55,480 nucleotides of DNA from an uncultured Candidatus Saccharibacteria bacterium (GTDB lineage: Bacteria > Patescibacteriota > Minisyncoccia > Phycocordibacterales > Zambryskibacteraceae), in contig CAZRVE010000002.1 of the NCBI GenBank assembly GCA_964603485.1, positions 1 to 55,480 of the forward strand. The letters run 5' to 3'. Numbering within the stretch: position 1 is the first letter of the stretch; every line of letters begins with the position of its first letter. This document shows, piece by piece, positions 6,198 to 15,040 of this stretch. Below the pieces are notes generated by a model. That model did not search any database. It was given only the letters and a program-made list of their open reading frames with translations, and was not told the origin of the DNA. Made by a program: the position numbers and the translations under genes.

Positions 6198-8965
6198 TTA
6201 AATTTTAAATTGCTATTTAATATATCTAGATACTTAATAAGTAATTGTACCTCATCTTCACTAAAACCTCCCCTATCCTTTTCTTTCAATAAAAGCTGAT
6301 TTAGATACTTAGTTAATTTGTCTATTCTCTCTATTGTTTTTTCTAGTTTTTTATTTTTTAGAAACTCCCTTATAGAATTTATCTCCTTTAGCAACTTACT
6401 TTCTTGTGTTTTTTTGAGATCAAAACTGCCTATAATATCCTCAACAATCTCAAGATAAAGATTTGGCCTAAATTCAGTTTGAGGAGTTATTACTGTATCA
6501 ATAACGCCATCCCCCTCTATATCAATACTAATATCACCAACTACATTATGAGTATCAATATCTACTTTGGCTTCGAGTGATTCAGTCACCGGAATATCAA
6601 TAAAACTTTGAGTCGCAACATTTCCGTTATTGTACTGATCAACATTTAAAGTAAATATTCCCGAGCCCTCTCCTTTAACATGGACTGTATAAGCCGTATC
6701 CATGGGAACAATAATATATTTTTGATCATTAATCTCACTGTAATCACTATTCGGGACATCTTCACGTATAAATACAAAATCTCCCCCATCTCTTATTGGG
6801 TCTCTACCAACAATCTCTCCTTGTCCATTAGAGACAGTCAAAGAAACTGGAGAGTGCGTACTTATCCGTTGATATGAATTTGAAAGTGGTGGCTTTGATT
6901 GACTGACGTAAGAAGGAAGTGGCTCAGTTACTCTAGAGAGAACAATGTTCTCAAGTAATTCTATTACGTTCAAGTTTTCAAGAATGTCAGAATGTTTTCT
7001 ATTTATTAATAAATTTTTATTGCTATTAAAAATATCCAGAAAATAAATATTTGGATTGTTTACATTTGCATATTCAGCACTCTGGGCCATAACTGTACCA
7101 TCGCCATCAAAACTTCTTAACAAGATACGATCCCAAAAATACTCACTTTGGCAGCCATAAAGACCGCTCCGTGTGGCGCAGACCACTTCTTCCTTGGCTC
7201 TATACTCAATGCCACTAATCGTCGCCCCGCCAACCCCCACAATCTGCTGTGTGTTTATAAAATTAGGAACTACCCACTGGGAAAGACTTTCAATATCGGC
7301 ATTTGCGCCATTAATCAAATCCGCTCTTAAAGTGAGGGGTATATCTATTGGGTCCCTAGTAGCACCGCTCCTATTTGCAGAAGTGACAAAAGAAACTAAA
7401 TCAGCATAAGAGGAGATTGTTTGTGGAAAATTATACAAGGTGTAATCAAAAACATTACGAATCGAAGGATTGAAATCAATAACGTTTGATATATTGTTCT
7501 GAAAATAAACACTTGAAGGCAAAAGATTATGCGCACTTTTCATATTAAACCCTAGATCTCTAGCGGAATTATTCCTAAGTAAGAATCTCATTAAGAAACC
7601 TTGTCCATCCCCATGTAATAAACCGGTGATTGCCTTAGGTGTTCCTAATTGTGGAACAGCAACCATCGTAAACTGATCTACAAGATCTCCTTTCCCCTGA
7701 CTTACCAGTTCTCTAATTAGGTATTTGCCAACAAGCCCGCCATTACTATGCCCAATAATAGTTATCTTGCCAGTAGGAGATCTTTGAGCTAGAGAGACGG
7801 CTTCATCAATAAGCTTTTTATTTTCAAAATTATTACCTACTTTTACTAAAGTAAAATTATTTACAATCTCAGATAAATCTCTCCTCCAGTCATATGGAAA
7901 AGGCAACCATTCTTCTATATCTTGAACCTGCACAAGAGATCTCATTTTATCTGCAAAACTCTTGTAAATATTCACCCCAAAAGCTTCTTCAATAATATTC
8001 TTTGTATAAATACCAGAAGTTATGGAATTTCCCTGTGAATCAAATCTGAGCTTATCAACATCCTGTTGCAACAAACTTGTGGGCGGCCACAACTGATTCT
8101 CAGAAATGCCCTCCTGAACGTACAGGTCACTTGCCATGAATCCAGGAAGAAACAGAACGCTAGAACAGCAGAGCGAAGGTTGTGAAGAAGAAGCATATCT
8201 ACCAGAAAGCCAGGGAATAAAGTTTACGTTATCATCCACAGGCACACCCGTACCGCTTGAATTCAGTTGTAAATGAAACGGGCCAGATGCATCATTCCAC
8301 CAATTGTTAGTAGCCGAAATAACATTAGAACTTTGATTTATCACACCAACACTCGCTGCTTCGATATTTGAATATTCTATAGACACATCGCCACCTGTAG
8401 AAAGGATACCCGTATCGTGCCTGAGAACATCCAGTTTTTGCAATACAGAAGTTCCTGATCTATTGTGAACTCCAACAATTCCATCAGATAATGTCGAACT
8501 ACTTATATTTAAAATCCCATCATTAAGAATAGTTGACTGCGTAAACTGCATTCCTCCTGCATAGCGAATAAAAACATTATCTAAATCTGCTCGAGATCCC
8601 GATTCTATTTCTATCCCTAACCACTCTCCTTTATCCGGCATGGTGCTATTTCCATCTAAGTTAGTATCACCAAAAACAGAATCATCCTTATCAGAGGTGA
8701 TGTATATCGGTTGGTTAGCGGCACCACTTGCAACAAGATTTCCTCCACGGAGGATGAACACCCCTTGGCTTCTTACTTTCACCACAACCCCAGGATCAAT
8801 CGTGAGAGTTACCCCTGGGTAAATAATAAAGGGATCATTGAGAAGGTATGGGCTATCTTGAATAGTCCAAGTAGTATCGACTTGGACATCATCGACAACC
8901 GTTACCCCATAAACAGCAGACGGAAAGATGAACATCACAACTATAAGAAATAAAGATGGTTTCAT
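6194..8965 (-). CDS. Secreted protein: signal peptide + right-handed beta-helix region + alpha/beta-hydrolase (lipase/PGAP1/LCAT-like) domain
   Basis: N-terminal signal MKPSLFLIVVMFIFPSAVYG; beta-helix-like repeats; nucleophile elbow ITIIGHSNGGLVG (GxSxG). Confidence 0.75.
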   Translation of the reverse strand: MKPSLFLIVVMFIFPSAVYGVTVVDDVQVDTTWTIQDSPYLLNDPFIIYPGVTLTIDPGVVVKVRSQGVFILRGGNLVASGAANQPIYITSDKDDSVFGDTNLDGNSTMPDKGEWLGIEIESGSRADLDNVFIRYAGGMQFTQSTILNDGILNISSSTLSDGIVGVHNRSGTSVLQKLDVLRHDTGILSTGGDVSIEYSNIEAASVGVINQSSNVISATNNWWNDASGPFHLQLNSSGTGVPVDDNVNFIPWLSGRYASSSQPSLCCSSVLFLPGFMASDLYVQEGISENQLWPPTSLLQQDVDKLRFDSQGNSITSGIYTKNIIEEAFGVNIYKSFADKMRSLVQVQDIEEWLPFPYDWRRDLSEIVNNFTLVKVGNNFENKKLIDEAVSLAQRSPTGKITIIGHSNGGLVGKYLIRELVSQGKGDLVDQFTMVAVPQLGTPKAITGLLHGDGQGFLMRFLLRNNSARDLGFNMKSAHNLLPSSVYFQNNISNVIDFNPSIRNVFDYTLYNFPQTISSYADLVSFVTSANRSGATRDPIDIPLTLRADLINGANADIESLSQWVVPNFINTQQIVGVGGATISGIEYRAKEEVVCATRSGLYGCQSEYFWDRILLRSFDGDGTVMAQSAEYANVNNPNIYFLDIFNSNKNLLINRKHSDILENLNVIELLENIVLSRVTEPLPSYVSQSKPPLSNSYQRISTHSPVSLTVSNGQGEIVGRDPIRDGGDFVFIREDVPNSDYSEINDQKYIIVPMDTAYTVHVKGEGSGIFTLNVDQYNNGNVATQSFIDIPVTESLEAKVDIDTHNVVGDISIDIEGDGVIDTVITPQTEFRPNLYLEIVEDIIGSFDLKKTQESKLLKEINSIREFLKNKKLEKTIERIDKLTKYLNQLLLKEKDRGGFSEDEVQLLIKYLDILNSNLKFK

Positions 8966-8966
8966 G

Positions 8967-10385
8967 TTAATCGAATAGCCGTTTAAAGAAATTTACAAAA
9001 CCAATCCAAAATCCTTTCGGCTTACTCACCTCGAAAGCTTGGGAAACCGCTGCCGGTTGAGGTGATATTTCTTCTACAATAGATCCTGTGCTGTTATCAG
9101 CCTCTGAAGCAGCGGTATTTTCTATCTTGTCAGCTAATAATATTTTTGGATTTTCTTTAGAGCCTGGAACACTCTCCGGTTTTACCGTTACGTCTGAAGA
9201 TTTTGAAACCTCCTCCACGATAATCTTCTCTTTACCCGTGTAGACATAAGCAAGTCCAAGTGGATTTTTGATTTTAATAGGAAAAGCTGGAGTAAGGATT
9301 ATCCCCAAAGCGGAAGGTGGGATAACAACCGAAACCTTCCCTTTAATAAGGGTATCTTGAGGAAAGGTAAAAACTTGATCCAGAGATTCTATCTTCCATC
9401 GATGTAAATTTATCTCATCTTTCCCATGATTAACTACCTTCACAGAACCATCAGGAAGAATGGTCATCTCAACTTCGGGTTCAACAACCTTTACAAGGAC
9501 CCGAGAGACGACACTATCTTCACCGCGAGATGCGTTAAGTACGACAATATAATCACCAGGGTATCGATAATTATAGGTAATAACCTGACCGTTTTTTTGC
9601 GACCCATCACCCATCGACCAAGAAAAGGAGGCGCTTCTACCGGTGTAAGAATGTTGATTCTTAACCTCAGCACGAAACATTACTTCATTTCCAACAGCAA
9701 CCAGACGATCCTTGCCTATAGAAACAGAGAAAGGCTGACTACTTTCCACTTTAGATTCTTGAGCAGAAGTGGAATATGTAGAAATAGACACAGTCTGCGC
9801 ATTAGAGAGTGGCGTTGTATTATTTTGATCGCTGACTAAATTTACCCTACCTGGATTTGGAATTCCTGGCTTCCACTCATTTGATATTTTTTGCAAAGAC
9901 GTTCCATCTCCATTAGATCCCATATCGGAGGTGTAAGAAAACGTATCGATGTCCAAAAGCAAAGAATCTCTGATAGCAAGAGTCTCTCCTGTGTTCGACA
10001 GACTAAAAGAGCTATCAAATATAGTTCCAGTAAAACCTGCGTGCTCAGCAAGAAATGCATTTGGATCATCACTAATAATTGCAAAACTATTCGGTGCTAA
10101 ATTTTGATTTCCTTGGAATATCTTTAGTCCATGGTTTGAATTCCCTTCAAACAGTTTCCAAGTGGAGAAATCGACATCTTGTGAACCTACATTTTGCACC
10201 TCAATCCACTCATTCGAATCAGTCCCCGATAGGTCATACATAACCTCAGTTATAATCACCTGCCCATAAGAAACCAGAGGCAACAATAAGAAGACTGCAA
10301 TCGTTAGTGTTTGTAAACAAAACCTCTCACGCGGTGCGTGAGAGGTTTGTGATTTAATATTGGATTTGTATCGAAGCCCCGGCAT
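8967..10385 (-). CDS. Secreted lamin-tail-domain (LTD) + PKD-domain protein (start uncertain)
   Basis: LTD signature VIITEVMYDLSGTDSNEWIEVQNVGSQDVDFSTWKL; PKD-like FSWSMGDGSQKNGQVITYNYRYPGDYIVVLNA. The start is taken as MPGLRYK, but the ORF is open up to 10445. Confidence 0.7.
   Translation of the reverse strand: MPGLRYKSNIKSQTSHAPRERFCLQTLTIAVFLLLPLVSYGQVIITEVMYDLSGTDSNEWIEVQNVGSQDVDFSTWKLFEGNSNHGLKIFQGNQNLAPNSFAIISDDPNAFLAEHAGFTGTIFDSSFSLSNTGETLAIRDSLLLDIDTFSYTSDMGSNGDGTSLQKISNEWKPGIPNPGRVNLVSDQNNTTPLSNAQTVSISTYSTSAQESKVESSQPFSVSIGKDRLVAVGNEVMFRAEVKNQHSYTGRSASFSWSMGDGSQKNGQVITYNYRYPGDYIVVLNASRGEDSVVSRVLVKVVEPEVEMTILPDGSVKVVNHGKDEINLHRWKIESLDQVFTFPQDTLIKGKVSVVIPPSALGIILTPAFPIKIKNPLGLAYVYTGKEKIIVEEVSKSSDVTVKPESVPGSKENPKILLADKIENTAASEADNSTGSIVEEISPQPAAVSQAFEVSKPKGFWIGFVNFFKRLFD
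10321..10347 (-). terminator. Strong hairpin (terminator/attenuator) between the small TM ORF and the LTD gene body
   Basis: 11-12-bp stem AACCTCTCACG(C) / (G)CGTGAGAGGTT, followed on the minus strand by TTGTTTAC. Confidence 0.45.
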
Positions 10386-10515
10386 TGTTTGTGTTGGCGG
10401 TGGCCTGTTGCTCACCCCACCATTGAGTAAACAAGAGAACGGCAAAGCTTACCGCTAAAATTGCGAGAAACCCAAAAAGAAACTTGAAAAACGTATTATC
10501 GAAATATTTCAGCAT
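10354..10515 (-). CDS. Small membrane protein (53 aa)
   Basis: MLKYFDNTFFKFLFGFLAILAVSFAVLLF... contains a single TM helix. The stop lies just upstream of the 10321-10347 hairpin. Confidence 0.4.
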   Translation of the reverse strand: MLKYFDNTFFKFLFGFLAILAVSFAVLLFTQWWGEQQATANTNNAGASIQIQY

Positions 10516-10547
10516 TAAATAATATTGTACCGCAGTATTTTTATGAG

Positions 10548-10575
10548 TAAATACGGCCTCTCCCCTCCGGAACAA
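10548..10575 (-). promoter_or_regulatory. Candidate promoter TTGTTC-N16-TATTTA overlapping an arm of palindrome copy 3
   Basis: Minus strand: TTGTTC (10575-10570), 16-nt spacer, TATTTA (10553-10548). Same geometry as at copy 1. Confidence 0.35.
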
Positions 10576-10602
10576 TTTGTTGCGACCGCAACAAATTGTT
10601 CC
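10569..10602. repeat. 34-bp perfect palindrome, copy 3 (same orientation as copy 1)
   Basis: Identical 34 nt; flanking CC/GG extends the arms to 18 bp. Confidence 0.95.
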
Positions 10603-10653
10603 GGGAGTCTCTTGAGCACATCGTAGACTAAGCCCTCCCCTTACTACCCCCTA

Positions 10654-11628
10654 CTAATAAGAAAGCTCATCCACTACCCTACCCAGATTGTCATAAAGCG
10701 TAATAGTTTCTCGGGTTTTTGCCCAAAGCTCCCAAGGGCGATTCAAGAATATTCTCCACTCATTTTTCAAGAAATCTGAATCTGTACCATGCATCGCAAC
10801 ACACGAATTATAGTTAAAGTTAGTTTTCAAAATGGCCTTACACTGATTCGAAAGCCCTCCTACCCCATCCACATAGCCGTATTCATAGCGATCCCCTACT
10901 CTCGTCCGTTCCGGGAATTCTGGAGTTCTGCAGGTGCGAAGCGAGCGAACAAATTTATAGCAACTATCATCCAGAGTATCCACATCAACTTCTTTTTCTG
11001 GATCTGGACATGATGAGCTTACTGTTGGAAAAAAACGATAATTATCCATCTGCTCAATATAGCCACTACACTTATTTACCTGAAAACTTGTGACCTCGAA
11101 GGGTAATTTATTTGGAACGTTTCCAGTGAGCAGTACAATCTTTGAGCTCGGACCTACTACTACTGGGCTTGCATAATTTTTCCCTGTAGTGAGAAAGACT
11201 TTTGAAGCCTGTGGGATATAGACTCTATCTGACCTTCCGCGAACTTGAGTATCGTTTAACTGATAGAAACGAGCACCTTTTCCATTGGTGAGACTCCACC
11301 CAGTGAGATTAATTGTCTCTCCCTTCTTGAGGCCGGTGGTGCGCAAAGAAATATACTCTTTATAAGGTTGGTACTCAGAAGAAGCGGTACCTCTTTCAAT
11401 CTGGACCTTACCCATCCAAGGAGATTTTTCTCCCTGAATACTCGTCGTATCTGAATCCTTACTTACATTTTTGGAAGAAACACTCCTCGAAGAAGAGCTC
11501 CCGGAAGATACGCTCCCATCATCACCGAATGATCCTCCTCCAAATAGAGAAAGTAGGATAATTCCAATAAGCCCCATAAAAAAGAGCGCATCACTACTTC
11601 CCGCCGGCTTCTTTTCTTTATCTGCCAT
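10654..11628 (-). CDS. Membrane-anchored/secreted Cys-rich protein with LTD-like segment
   Basis: Start moved to MADKEKK (11628), because the upstream part of the ORF covers the terminator of the preceding gene. One TM segment; an ...ETINLTGWSLTNGKG... LTD-like motif. Confidence 0.6.
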   Translation of the reverse strand: MADKEKKPAGSSDALFFMGLIGIILLSLFGGGSFGDDGSVSSGSSSSRSVSSKNVSKDSDTTSIQGEKSPWMGKVQIERGTASSEYQPYKEYISLRTTGLKKGETINLTGWSLTNGKGARFYQLNDTQVRGRSDRVYIPQASKVFLTTGKNYASPVVVGPSSKIVLLTGNVPNKLPFEVTSFQVNKCSGYIEQMDNYRFFPTVSSSCPDPEKEVDVDTLDDSCYKFVRSLRTCRTPEFPERTRVGDRYEYGYVDGVGGLSNQCKAILKTNFNYNSCVAMHGTDSDFLKNEWRIFLNRPWELWAKTRETITLYDNLGRVVDELSY

Positions 11629-11683
11629 ATATAAAAAGTATACGGCAGAGAAAGCGAAAAGAGAATGCGGAACATTTTTCAGG

Positions 11684-11716
11684 CAAAACAAAAACCACCC
11701 CGAAGGGTGGTTTTTG
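11684..11716 (-). terminator. Rho-independent terminator after CDS 11765-13666
   Basis: Stem AAAAACCACCC / GGGTGGTTTTT with a CGAA loop. Confidence 0.75.
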
Positions 11717-11764
11717 TTTGCAATCCCCAACTAACCGAAGTCAGTTAAGAAAAGCGAGAATCCG

Positions 11765-13666
11765 TTAAGGCAAGCTTACGCCTGAAGTCCTCCAATCTGT
11801 CTCTCCAGCCATAAAGGTTGAAGTTTGCATTGTAGCACCGTCGTTAGTTGACCATCGGATAGACTCGATACCAATTGCGTAAGTATCAGTTGAAACGAGA
11901 GATCCAAGAACTGTTCGTCCCTCGAAGAGGTATTCAACAGTTAATGTAACTTCGTTGTTCTCCTGCAACTTGAAGCTTGCTGCGCCAACACCTGATGTAA
12001 CTACACCTGATGAAGGAATTGTGTAACTTGAAGTTGAAGCAACGAGCAAGGTTGTGTTAGCTGAACCCTTGTACGTACCGAAGGTAAAGGTTGTTGAAGC
12101 CGTACCTGAAGCTTGTGTACCGAAGGTCAAGTCACCACCAAGAGCTTTCACCTTAACTGTAAAGATACCCTTTGCAGTTGAAGTTGAAGTGTTGCTCTGA
12201 GAAGCAGTAGCTGATTTCTCAATTGTCTTTGAAACCAAAGTGAACTGAGGACCAACATTTCGGATAGTCATTGCCTCACCAGTAGCTGAACCAGTTGGAG
12301 TAATTGTGTCTCCATCTGAAGCTTCTGCAACTGCACTTGTTGAAGATGCAGATGCTGTGAATACAGCGGCTGTTCCGTTTGCTGAATCGATGTCAACTTT
12401 TACCATAAGACTCTTTGTAGAATCCTTTGATACAGTGAAATCAATATCATCAAACACTGCGAAACCACTTGTTGTGTTAACAGTTGCACTACCTACGAGA
12501 GTTGAACCGTCGTAAAGGTAAGCAGTAGTTGCAGTAGCTGCACCTGTTCCTGTCTTCTGGATAGAAGCAGTGAAATCAGTAACGAGGATATCGTCATCTT
12601 CTGCTTTGAGATCAAAGGTCAAGAGATGAAGACCATCGAGTTCGTTTTCTGAAGAACCTTGTGAAGCAACAGCCTCACCTGACTGTGGAGTTCCAGAGTT
12701 CAAAGAAAGCTGGAGAGCTGCACTATCAGCAAGATCTGCTGTAACTGCGATTGTTCGTGAGAACGCTGATGAAGGACCGTACTGGTTTACACCTGCACCG
12801 TCGATACCTCGTACTCCGTCAACTGGGATAGTAACAACCTTGTTACCAATATCACCTGAGTCAATAGAACCGTAGAGATCGAAGTGAACTGTAAGAACCT
12901 TTGTTGCGTCCTTAGGAACGATGAAGTTAAGACCTGAAACAGTGATGAAGTAGTTTGAACCCTCCTTCACAACTGTTGAAGAATTAAGATCAGATGAACC
13001 AACTACGTTTCCGTTATCTGCAATGTAGATTCTGTTTGCAATCTTATTGTAGAAAGAAGCGTTTGGAAGCTGAACCTTAATGCGCTCGATCTTGATATCA
13101 GAAAGCTTTGCTTCAAGCTCGATACCAACTGCAGCGGCCTTTGAATCACCTTCGTAAACCTTTACTCCTGAAGCTGGGCTTGGGTTAAGGTCAACTGTAA
13201 GTGTTCCCTCAACACCTGGAGTTGTAATACCAGTTGTTGAACCTGGAACTGAAGGAACTGTAGGAACTGAAACCATTGCGTTCAATGCTGCCCGTGACTT
13301 AGGACCAACATATCCAACAGATGGAGTGATTCCGTTTGCAGCCTGCCAAGCAGCAACTGCATTCTTTGTCAAAGTTCCAAAGTATCCCATAGCTACACCT
13401 GCTGGCATAACAAGGTATCCCTTAGAAACCAAAACCTTCTGGAGCTCAGTTACCGCCATGCCGGTTGAACCAACAGTGAGATCAGTTGTGAACATGTATC
13501 CACTTGTTGATGATGAACCGCCCATGAGTGAAGCGAGCTGTGCTGTTAATTGTGCGATCATCGCCTGGAGCTCTTCAACGGTAGCAGCCTGTGCCGGAGC
13601 AACAGTACTTCCAACGAGAGTGAGGACCATTGCGATTGCAACGAAACCTGCAAAAATTCTTTTCAT
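11765..13666 (-). CDS. Secreted surface (S-layer-like) protein with N-terminal peptidoglycan-binding domain and long Thr/Ser/Val-rich beta-repeat region
   Basis: Signal peptide ...TVAPAQA. PG_binding_1-like segment GSTGMAVTELQKVLVSKGYL...GYFGTLTKNAVAAWQAANGI. Confidence 0.75.
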   Translation of the reverse strand: MKRIFAGFVAIAMVLTLVGSTVAPAQAATVEELQAMIAQLTAQLASLMGGSSSTSGYMFTTDLTVGSTGMAVTELQKVLVSKGYLVMPAGVAMGYFGTLTKNAVAAWQAANGITPSVGYVGPKSRAALNAMVSVPTVPSVPGSTTGITTPGVEGTLTVDLNPSPASGVKVYEGDSKAAAVGIELEAKLSDIKIERIKVQLPNASFYNKIANRIYIADNGNVVGSSDLNSSTVVKEGSNYFITVSGLNFIVPKDATKVLTVHFDLYGSIDSGDIGNKVVTIPVDGVRGIDGAGVNQYGPSSAFSRTIAVTADLADSAALQLSLNSGTPQSGEAVASQGSSENELDGLHLLTFDLKAEDDDILVTDFTASIQKTGTGAATATTAYLYDGSTLVGSATVNTTSGFAVFDDIDFTVSKDSTKSLMVKVDIDSANGTAAVFTASASSTSAVAEASDGDTITPTGSATGEAMTIRNVGPQFTLVSKTIEKSATASQSNTSTSTAKGIFTVKVKALGGDLTFGTQASGTASTTFTFGTYKGSANTTLLVASTSSYTIPSSGVVTSGVGAASFKLQENNEVTLTVEYLFEGRTVLGSLVSTDTYAIGIESIRWSTNDGATMQTSTFMAGETDWRTSGVSLP

Positions 13667-14153
13667 GACTAAATTTTGTTTTGAACGTATATCTATAGAA
13701 ATTACTAATAACGGAACTATAGATGTACGGCCCTATATCTTTTTAAGGACATAAGGCTTGTTAATAAATAACGTCTTCTAATTTCTTCCTAATAATCCAT
13801 CAACTCCCCATTCCAATCCCGACACATTTTTTAAAGAATGAATCGGGATCGACTTGGAACGAGAAGAGAGTTGGTAAGGGTGTGGGTATTTCAGAATTTC
13901 AGACAAATACGGAAAAAAGAGTTCGGTAGAAAATATTCGCTATGTAGTATGTCAAAGATCCGAGACACTGTTTCTACAAACAGAGACGCACGAGAACCTT
14001 GTCTCTTACACGCATACTTTCGCACGCGTATACACATTATAGGCCCCATGTCTTTTGTTCGCAAAAAACCGTGTGGATAAGTACGAAATGGCCTTTTTGG
14101 GCCATTTCACACTTCCCTCTATATTAGCCCGAATAGGCCCCTAAGTCAACGGC

Positions 14154-15029
14154 TTAGCTTGCCACCAGGCTATACCTAGTCCACCTACGTTCTCCTTCTT
14201 TTTTTAGAAGGCCAGAATCCACGAGCATAGAGAGCTCTCGCTGAATGGTCTTTTCACTACAGTCCGTGATAAGTCCGACCACGTCCTTTATCATAATTTC
14301 CCTCTTTCTCTTCAAGAGGCCGATAATAAGACTCTGTCTTCGATTCTTCTTTACAGCCACAGAGCCAAAGTCCTTTAGTTTCTCTTTCTTTTCCTCCTCA
14401 TGCATAGGTTGAGCGGTCACGCTAGAACCGTGTTCTTCACGATTTTGTTTATAAAGGGCAAAACTTTTAACACCCGTTCCGATGCTCTCTTTAAGGACAT
14501 TTTTTGTAGCCACGCTCTCTCCTCTCTGCATGATACTTGTAGGTATCTCGGCTTCTTTTGTAATAAAAAATTGTGGCTCAAGCACAAGCGCTTCTTCTTT
14601 TGCCCCCTCAATAAGAGCATGCAAACGGGCGGTGAGATCTGAGAATTCTCTCTTGAGAATTGAAAGGTTCATAGGAGAAATAAGTCCATTCAAAGAAGCG
14701 ACCTCAAGAAGAGATAGTGTCTCGAGAATAAGGGACTCCAAGTTTGTATGCATGCCCGAAAGAGTACGAGACTCAGCGCGATACATGCGAGCACTTACAG
14801 ACAAAAACGATGTAGCCAGAACTCGTAAAGAATTCTTCAGTGGCTCTGTTTCTTCAAAGAAGTTTGTGATGAGATAAAGTGCCGCAGAAAGTTTTTTTAT
14901 CTTTTGATAAATAAAGAAAAAGTTTTTGTCCTTATGAGAAAACAGGACCATCTCCAAATCTTTATTTGTAGACACCTCTTTTGAAACATCCTGCGCCTCT
15001 ATTTCTTTTTTGTCTGAAAAAGAATCCAT
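14154..15029 (-). CDS. Putative transcriptional regulator with C-terminal wHTH (DeoR-type HTH)
   Basis: C-terminus RQSLIIGLLKRKREIMIKDVVGLITDCSEKTIQRELSMLVDSGLLKKEGERRWTRY. Confidence 0.6.
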   Translation of the reverse strand: MDSFSDKKEIEAQDVSKEVSTNKDLEMVLFSHKDKNFFFIYQKIKKLSAALYLITNFFEETEPLKNSLRVLATSFLSVSARMYRAESRTLSGMHTNLESLILETLSLLEVASLNGLISPMNLSILKREFSDLTARLHALIEGAKEEALVLEPQFFITKEAEIPTSIMQRGESVATKNVLKESIGTGVKSFALYKQNREEHGSSVTAQPMHEEEKKEKLKDFGSVAVKKNRRQSLIIGLLKRKREIMIKDVVGLITDCSEKTIQRELSMLVDSGLLKKEGERRWTRYSLVAS

Positions 15030-15040
15030 TTATATTTTTA

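Noticed and set aside
10446-10575. N-terminal extension of the small TM ORF up to 10575 and of the LTD ORF up to 10445
   Set aside because: The extension to 10575 starts inside palindrome copy 3 and upstream of the candidate -10 box. The first Met of the LTD ORF gives a non-signal-like N-terminus. Shorter starts were preferred, though the LTD start remains uncertain.
11629-11730. Upstream 34 codons of ORF 10654-11730
   Set aside because: This part covers the intrinsic terminator (11684-11716) of the preceding gene. The MADKEKK start at 11628 gives a sensible cytoplasmic tail plus TM anchor.
13838-14080. Plus-strand ORF, 80 aa
   Set aside because: It is an isolated, Arg-rich, motif-less ORF with no SD, on the opposite strand to all neighbours, in a probable 5' UTR/promoter region.
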